Source: Octopus vulgaris
Lineage: Eukaryota
NCBI GenBank assembly: GCA_951406725.2
Contig: OX597824.1
Location: forward strand, 33,356,001 to 33,420,000
Direction of reading: 5' to 3'
DNA length: 64,000 nt
Under the pieces are notes generated by a model. The model was not told where the DNA came from. It was given only the letters and a program-made list of their open reading frames with translations, and searched no databases. This document shows positions 55,883 through 64,000 of this stretch, one piece after another; within the stretch, counting starts at the first letter, position 1, and the number at the start of each line of letters is the position of its first letter. A program made the position numbers and the translations under genes.

Positions 55883-56119
55883 CATTTACTCTTTTTCGTG
55901 TTTCAGTCATTTGACTGCCGCCATGCTGGAGCACCGCCTTTAGTCGAGCAAGTCGACTTCAGAATTTACTCTTTGTGTGTCTGGTACTTATTCTATAGGT
56001 CTCTTTAACCGAACAGCTAAGTTACAGGGACCTAAACACACCACCAACGGTTGTCAAGTGATGTTGGGGAGACAAACACAGACACACAAACATATACATA
56101 CACACACACATATACATAC

Positions 56120-56150
<31 letters not shown>

Positions 56151-56152
56151 CA

Positions 56153-56188
<36 letters not shown>

Positions 56189-56310
56189 TGTACGATGGGC
56201 TTCTTTCAGTTTGGTAAAAGATACTTGCCCAAGGTGCCACGAAGTGAGACTGAACCCAGAACTGTATGGTTGGTAAGCAAGCTACTTAACACACAGCCAC
56301 TCCTGCTCCT
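55883..56310 (-). mobile_element. SINE family A with internal deletion
   Basis: Reverse-complement homology; further fragments at 56320-56845. Confidence 0.85.
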
Positions 56311-56383
56311 ATAGCCACTTCTATTCTTTTACTTGTTTCAGTTATTTGACTGCAGCCATGTTGCAGCATCGCCATGAAGGCAT

Positions 56384-56530
<147 letters not shown>

Positions 56531-57040
56531 TAAGTAGCTTGCTTTCCAAAAACATGGTTCTGGGTTCATTCCCACTGCTTGGCACCTTGGGCAAGTGTCT
56601 TCTACTATAGCCTCGGGCCGACCAAAGCCTTGTGAGTGGATTTGGTAGATAGAAACTGAAAGAAGCCAATCGTATATATATGTATATATATATATAAACA
56701 CACCCACACATGACGGACTTCTTTCACTTTGAGTCCACCAGATCCATTCTCAAGGCTTTGGTTAGCTCGAGGCTATAGTAAAAGACACTCGCCAAATGTT
56801 CCACGCAGTGGGACTGAACCCAAAACCATGTGGTTGAGAAGCAAGCCATCTATGTGTGTGTGTGTGTGTGTATACACACACAAAAACATGCATGCATACA
56901 ACGTATGCTGTATGCATCTATACATATATATCTACGTACATACATACTCAGTGTCGGTTAGAGATGATATCAATCTAGATATTTTCCAGGGTTATCAATT
57001 AAAAAATACCGAATTGAAGAAAGTACAGCGGTAAATGTAG

Positions 57041-57081
<41 letters not shown>

Positions 57082-57304
57082 CGTGCGTGCGTGTGTGTGT
57101 GTGTGTATGCGTGCATGTGCGTGTGTATGCGTGTGCGCGCGTGCTGTAGGAAAATATCTACTTTGCAGATGAGTGAAAACTTTTCCTTTAGATTCTGTAA
57201 GTTTTGTGATTCGTTGATGATGTAACATTTGCATACATGTCTACCTAGGTAACTCGACATGGCGGTTCGTTCCATGTGTACATACATTCAAACATAAATA
57301 CATT

Positions 57305-57610
57305 CAGCCTCTATATCCAGATTATAAATTCACGTTTATAGCAATAGTAATTGTTTTACTTAGTTTTGTGAGTAAATAAATGCCTAAGTGATAGTCTAGA
57401 TAAGTTGAAGTTCCTAGAACAAGAAAACAACCAGCAACAAAGAAAACATTTCGCTCCATTATAAATACAACCCGTGGAACAATAAACATATGCAAGACTT
57501 TTTTCAAGTTCAAACTGTGAATTTGTTTTTATCTACATACCAACGACATAGCTTTTCATCTTTGTTAGAAACCTACTCCTTCTTCGGAGAAAGATATTGA
57601 AATAGTTAAT
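57305..57610 (+). mobile_element. R4/Dong-like LINE 3' fragment
   Basis: QPLYPDYKFTFIAIVI from 57305; GTINICKTFFKFKL* at 57476-57520. Confidence 0.7.
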
Positions 57611-57673
57611 AACAGAAAGAGGATATACATTCGTACAAACATACATATACACATAGATTACATACATCCATTC

Positions 57674-57717
<44 letters not shown>

Positions 57718-57720
<3 letters not shown>

Positions 57721-58129
57721 CGCAGGAGTGGTTGTGTGGTAAGTAGCTTGCTTACCAACCACATGGTTCCGAGTTCAGTCCCACTGCGTGGCACCTTGGG
57801 CAAGTGTCTTCTACTATAGCCTCGGGCCGACCAAAGCCTTGTGAGTGGATTTGGTAGACGGAAACTGAAAGAAGCCCGTCGTATATATGTATATATATAT
57901 GTGTGTGTGTATGTTTGTGTGTCTGTGTTTGTCCCCCTAGCATTGTTTGACAACCGATGCTGGTGTGTTTATGTTCCCGTTACTTAGCGGTTCGGCAAAA
58001 GAGACCGATAGAATAAGTACTGGGCTTACAAAAGAATAAGTCCCGGGGTCGAGTTGCTCGATTAAAGGCGGTGCTCCAGCATGGCCGCAGTCAAAATGAC
58101 TGAAACAAGGAAAAGAGTGAAGAGAAAAA

Positions 58130-58130
<1 letters not shown>
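57718..58130 (+). mobile_element. SINE family A, full length, young, in (TA)n
   Basis: Near-identical to the 1692 copy. Confidence 0.93.
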
Positions 58131-58224
<94 letters not shown>

Positions 58225-58525
58225 AGCATATATGTATATATGATGGCAGTCGACTCGTTAGACGGGTATGTCCATCCTAGACAAATTAGTTGTATTTTTT
58301 TCTGTCTTTTCATTCTTTTCCTTCAGTGACCATAGGACCTACAATGGCTTATAAAGCCAGCAATTGACTGGCATTTTTTATTGCAGATGCCGCATTCATT
58401 TTCACGTGTTACAATTGGGTGCTCGTACTGTACACCACCCCGATTGAGTACTTTCGTGTGCTTTGTAAAGGTCGATCGGGTTGTTAACACGCATACATTA
58501 TAAATACATACATACATACATACAT

Positions 58526-58646
58526 GGAACAGTCAAAATATGCAAGACTTTCTCAAGTTCAAAATGTGAAATTGTTTTCGTTATCTACATTTCCAACAAT
58601 GGAGCTTCTTCCTTACTAGATTTCGAATAATTCAAGATGGAAGGGT
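58526..58646 (+). mobile_element. R4/Dong-like LINE 3' fragment flanked on both sides by (CATA)n
   Basis: GTVKICKTF; homologous to 57476-57570. Confidence 0.65.
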
Positions 58647-59313
58647 ACATACATACATACATACATACATACATACATACATACATACATACATACATAC
58701 ATGCATGCATGCATGCATGCACATACATACATACATACATACATACATACATACATACATACATACATACATACATAATACATACATACATACATACATA
58801 CATGCATACATACATACATACATACATACATACATACATACATGCATGCATGCATGCATGCATGCATACATACATACATACATACATACATACATACATA
58901 CATACATACATACATGCATGCATACATACATACATACATAATACATACATACATACATACATACATGCATACATACATACATAATACATACAAACATACA
59001 TACATACATACATACATACATACATACATACATACATACATACATACATACATACATACATACATACATACATACATACATACATACATACATACATACA
59101 TACATGCATGCATACATACATACATACATACATACATACATACATGCATACATGCATACATACATACATACATACATACATACATACATACATACATACA
59201 TACATACATACATACATACATACATACATACATACATACATACATACATACATACATACATACATACATACATACATACATACATACATACATACATACA
59301 TACATACATACAT
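58647..59313. repeat. About 670-bp (CATA)n array with CATG variants
   Basis: Direct reading. Confidence 0.97.
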
Positions 59314-59592
59314 AGAAGAACAGATCGTTCAACAAAACCTATACTCTTCTCATATATTTTAAAAGATGAAAGACGAACAGGTCAAAACCGAATATCTCGA
59401 AAGCATCAACTTCTTCCTTTCTTCATCCTCCACTTTCAATAAATATACAAACCTGTGACACGATATAACAAGTATATACAAGCCAATGTTAACACTGTGG
59501 TATGTATAATATGTAACAAGCATGCAGGGTAATATATATGTATGTATGTGTGTGTGTGTGTGCATATATATACATATACATACATACAAACA

Positions 59593-59645
<53 letters not shown>

Positions 59646-59688
59646 ACACACACACACAAGGCAGTGTTAACGCTGTAATAAATATATA

Positions 59689-59922
59689 CTATTTCTTTAC
59701 TACCCACAAGGGGCTAAACTCAGAGGGGACAAACATGGACAGACAAAGGGATTAAGTCGATTATATCGACCCCAGTGCGTAACTGGTACTTATTTAATCG
59801 ACCCCGAAAGGATGAAAGGCAAAGTCGACCTCGGCGGAATTTGAACTCAGAACGTAACGACAGACGAAATACCGCTAAGCATTTCGCCCGGCGCGCTAAC
59901 GTTTCTGCCAGCTCGCCGCCTT
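59689..59922 (-). mobile_element. SINE family B, full length
   Basis: Homology to B consensus. Confidence 0.92.
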
Positions 59923-60352
59923 AATATATATATTCTACGTGTGTGTGTGAATATACATGTATATAATCTGTTGGTTATTTATAAGTCCGAAAAAAGGACA
60001 CTCTAAATGGCTAAGGGCAATAATAGGCGTGAAACTAATGATAACTTTCTGACCACCGGCCATAACAAATTACTAAATACAATATAATGTGTATATGTGT
60101 ACGTGCGTTTGTGTGTATGTCTGTCTGTATGTGTGTGTATATACTTATATATATGTATATATAAATATATGTATATATATATATATGTGTGTAGATATAT
60201 ACATACATACATACATACATACATACATACATACATACATACACATACATGCATACATGAATATATAAAAATATATATATAACATATATACATTTATTTA
60301 TGTATACATATACACATACATATACATATATACATCTATATGTGTGTATGTA

Positions 60353-60396
<44 letters not shown>

Positions 60397-60498
60397 CACA
60401 CACACACTCACACATACAAGTCAACGTTGACATTGTGATATATATATATATATATATATACATACACACACTCACACATACAAGTCAACGTTGACAAT

Positions 60499-60566
<68 letters not shown>

Positions 60567-60753
60567 TGTCTATCGTATATTGAAATAACATGGCTGTGCA
60601 ATGTGTAGATTTAGAGACATCTGAGACAAAGGAGCCATCCCGCCGCTGCCCTTTCACAAAAAATGCCGGGTCATTAGATATTCACTTATGTAATCGATAT
60701 CTGTCCCTATTTATGTACATGGGGACGTCTACAATATCACTTTATGCATTCTC

Positions 60754-60791
<38 letters not shown>

Positions 60792-60990
60792 ATGTGTGTT
60801 GTGCAGATGTGTCTGTAGGTGTCTATGTATGTATGTATGTCTGCATATGTATGTACATCTTCAGGATATCTGAAGCAAGTATTTCAACTGATGTCTGTCA
60901 ATGCCAACACACCAGCTGGCAGGAAACAATGCAACGAGTCTTTCGACCCCCGACCACTCTGATTTTTAACAATTGCACAAGTACAGTCAA

Positions 60991-61049
<59 letters not shown>

Positions 61050-61179
61050 TATATATATAAATAGAGAAATATATATTTATGATATTCATGTATATGAATA
61101 TATGCAAATATGTGCGTTTATATTTATATATCTTCATATATACATATATATATATGAATATATTTACATCACTATGTGA

Positions 61180-61305
<126 letters not shown>

Positions 61306-61806
61306 GTAGATATAGATATATGTGTGTGTGCGTGTGTGTATGTATGTATTTATATGTGTATATGTACATGTACTTATACATACACACGCACACAGTCTCT
61401 CTCACACACACACACACACGCAAGGGCGCGCATGCACACCCCCACAGATATATACTTTATATTAACCCAATGTTTGGGGGAGACATGCAAAGGAATATTG
61501 GAAGATATAGAAAGACATAGAAAGATGTATGTATATGTGTTTGGATGGATGGATGGATGGATGGACGGATGGACGGGTGTTTATCCACCCAGATATAAAA
61601 CGTTAAAAAACATGCTCTATACAGTCAGATTTAGAAGAGAGTAATGATAAAGAGTGATGAAATATTTTTTTCTTGAGGGTATGGTGATGTGTTGTACCCG
61701 CGTGCTTATAAAAACGTATATGTATGTGTACGTGTGTGTCTCTGTCTGTGTATGTGTGTACATAGAAGCACGAGTATATACATACATACATACATACATA
61801 CATACA

Positions 61807-61840
<34 letters not shown>

Positions 61841-61842
61841 CA

Positions 61843-61878
<36 letters not shown>

Positions 61879-61920
61879 TATACATACATACATACATACA
61901 TACATACGTACGTACATACA

Positions 61921-61978
<58 letters not shown>

Positions 61979-62027
61979 GGCGGTGCCCCAGCATGGTACA
62001 CCTCGTGAGCTGAAACTAGATAAAATG

Positions 62028-62157
<130 letters not shown>

Positions 62158-62586
62158 CATACATACATACACATACATACATACATACATACATACATAC
62201 ATACATACATACATACATACATACATACATACACACATACATACATACAAATACAGGTATTTCAATTAAGATACAACATAAATTCTTGATCTATCAAAAT
62301 TAACACACATACTCACACACATAAAAAAGAAACACACACACTAGCATACACAAACTTACACGCACGCGCTTACACACACAAACAAACAAACAAACAAACA
62401 TATACAATCACATTTAATTGATAACAGAGGATGTCTACGGTGTTGTTGTAATTGAAAAACAAACCTGACTCACCTGTTGATTAAACAGTTCTTTGTCGGA
62501 AGCCAAGACTTAAGACTGAATATTAAAACAGACTTCTCTCCTTTTCTTCTTGTTATTATTATTATAATTTTTACTATTACTATTAC

Positions 62587-62637
<51 letters not shown>

Positions 62638-62843
62638 ACCTGTCTGTATTTCACCACCCTAACCACTAATGATCTTCTGGTCCGACTTAATCTCAACCAG
62701 AGATGTAGCCTCTGACAGACATCGATGTTGTTTTCTCTCTGTCGCTACCCTTATTTCCTTTCCGATCTTGTTGTCGACTCTACTCATACAGCTTCTAATG
62801 ATGGCTTACCAACTTATTGCTGACGACAACTCGTTATGTTTAT

Positions 62844-62844
<1 letters not shown>

Positions 62845-62884
<40 letters not shown>

Positions 62885-62943
62885 TCACTACTCTTAATAC
62901 TGCTACTGCTACTATAACAACTATATAACAACTACTACTTCTG

Positions 62944-62980
<37 letters not shown>

Positions 62981-63012
62981 TACTATAACAACAATAACAA
63001 CTACTGCTGCCG

Positions 63013-63061
<49 letters not shown>

Positions 63062-63123
63062 CACTACTACTACTACCACTACCACTACTACTACAGCTGC
63101 TACTGCTACTGCTGCTGCCGCCG

Positions 63124-63156
<33 letters not shown>

Positions 63157-63312
63157 TTGTGTGTGTGGTTCTGTTTATTTAAGTCCCTCCTACAAGTATT
63201 ACTACTCCTTCAATTGACACTTCCCCTTCACCTACACCTTCTTCTTCTTCTTCTTCTTCTTCTTCTTCTTCTTCTTCTTCTTCTTCTTCTTCTTCTGCTC
63301 CTTCTTCTTCTT
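62845..63312. repeat. (CTA)n and (CTT)n microsatellites
   Basis: Direct reading. Confidence 0.95.
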
Positions 63313-64000
63313 CTATTGTTTCTTCTGTTTCTACTTCTTCTTTCTTCCGCCTCTTGTTCTTTCTCTCACAGATGCTGCTACAGTTAACTGTTGCGGTAGC
63401 TTAATATCTTAACATCTACCTTAATAATTTTTACTTTCACTTTCATTTTACACCACCGCCACCACCATCAAATGTATATATATATATATATATATATATT
63501 GATGTATGTATGTATATCTATTAGGAAAGAGAAAATAACTGCTGGTAGGACCGCCTCTAATTTACCAACACGAGCAACAATATCAATATTAATATCTATT
63601 TTAATAGGGAGCTGGCTTGTGAAGGCTAAACGGAACAAGAGCGAACGAACAGTACACAGTAACGGAGGAGTCAGTCAGTTCCCGGTAAACCGACAACGCG
63701 ACACAGTTTCGATTTGCGATTAATACTAACTACCACTGATGTCCTTGGGAAGAAACATGTACGTCACACTCCCAATATTTCTCTTCCTTTCTTAGAAAAT
63801 ACAAGGCATATGTATTATGTTTAAACATAAGAAACCGATGCTTCTCTTTCTGGCAATAAGAAGCAAATAACAGTTACGATTCTTCGCTGAATCTATTGTT
63901 GTTCAGCTGTAAATAATAAATATTTTCAGATATTTTTCTTCTTCTTCTTCTTCTTCTTCTTCTTGTCATGTTGTAATTATTGCTGTTGTTGTTGTTGTTG

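Noticed and set aside
58585-59335. Long ORFs (225-242 aa) and other YI/HT/CV/MYVC-repeat ORFs across the window
   Set aside because: Translations of stop-free microsatellites; not genes.

Overview
Eukaryotic, AT-rich, repeat-saturated DNA that looks like an octopus (cephalopod) intron or intergenic region. The organism call is inferred from the SINE families and the extreme microsatellite density. No intact protein-coding gene is supported: almost all listed ORFs are translations of microsatellites or SINEs. The window holds at least four tRNA-headed SINE families (labelled A-D here), decayed RTE and R4/Dong LINE fragments, mariner/pogo MITEs and transposase relics, a Helitron, a Helentron-type HINE and a MITE with a 7-bp TSD. 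The most interesting signals are: (1) short islands embedded in (TA)n that carry type I hammerhead ribozyme cores and fold-back inverted duplications (Penelope-like pLTR mini-elements, two with complete cores); (2) SINE B repeatedly joined to one fixed internal site of itself, giving single-headed tandem arrays, plus one copy with a 76-bp target duplication; (3) a pre-tRNA-Glu/LINE-tail chimeric retrocopy (proto-SINE-like); (4) R4/Dong-like LINE ends tied to (CATA)n arrays. Family assignments come from recalled consensus features and need a database check.
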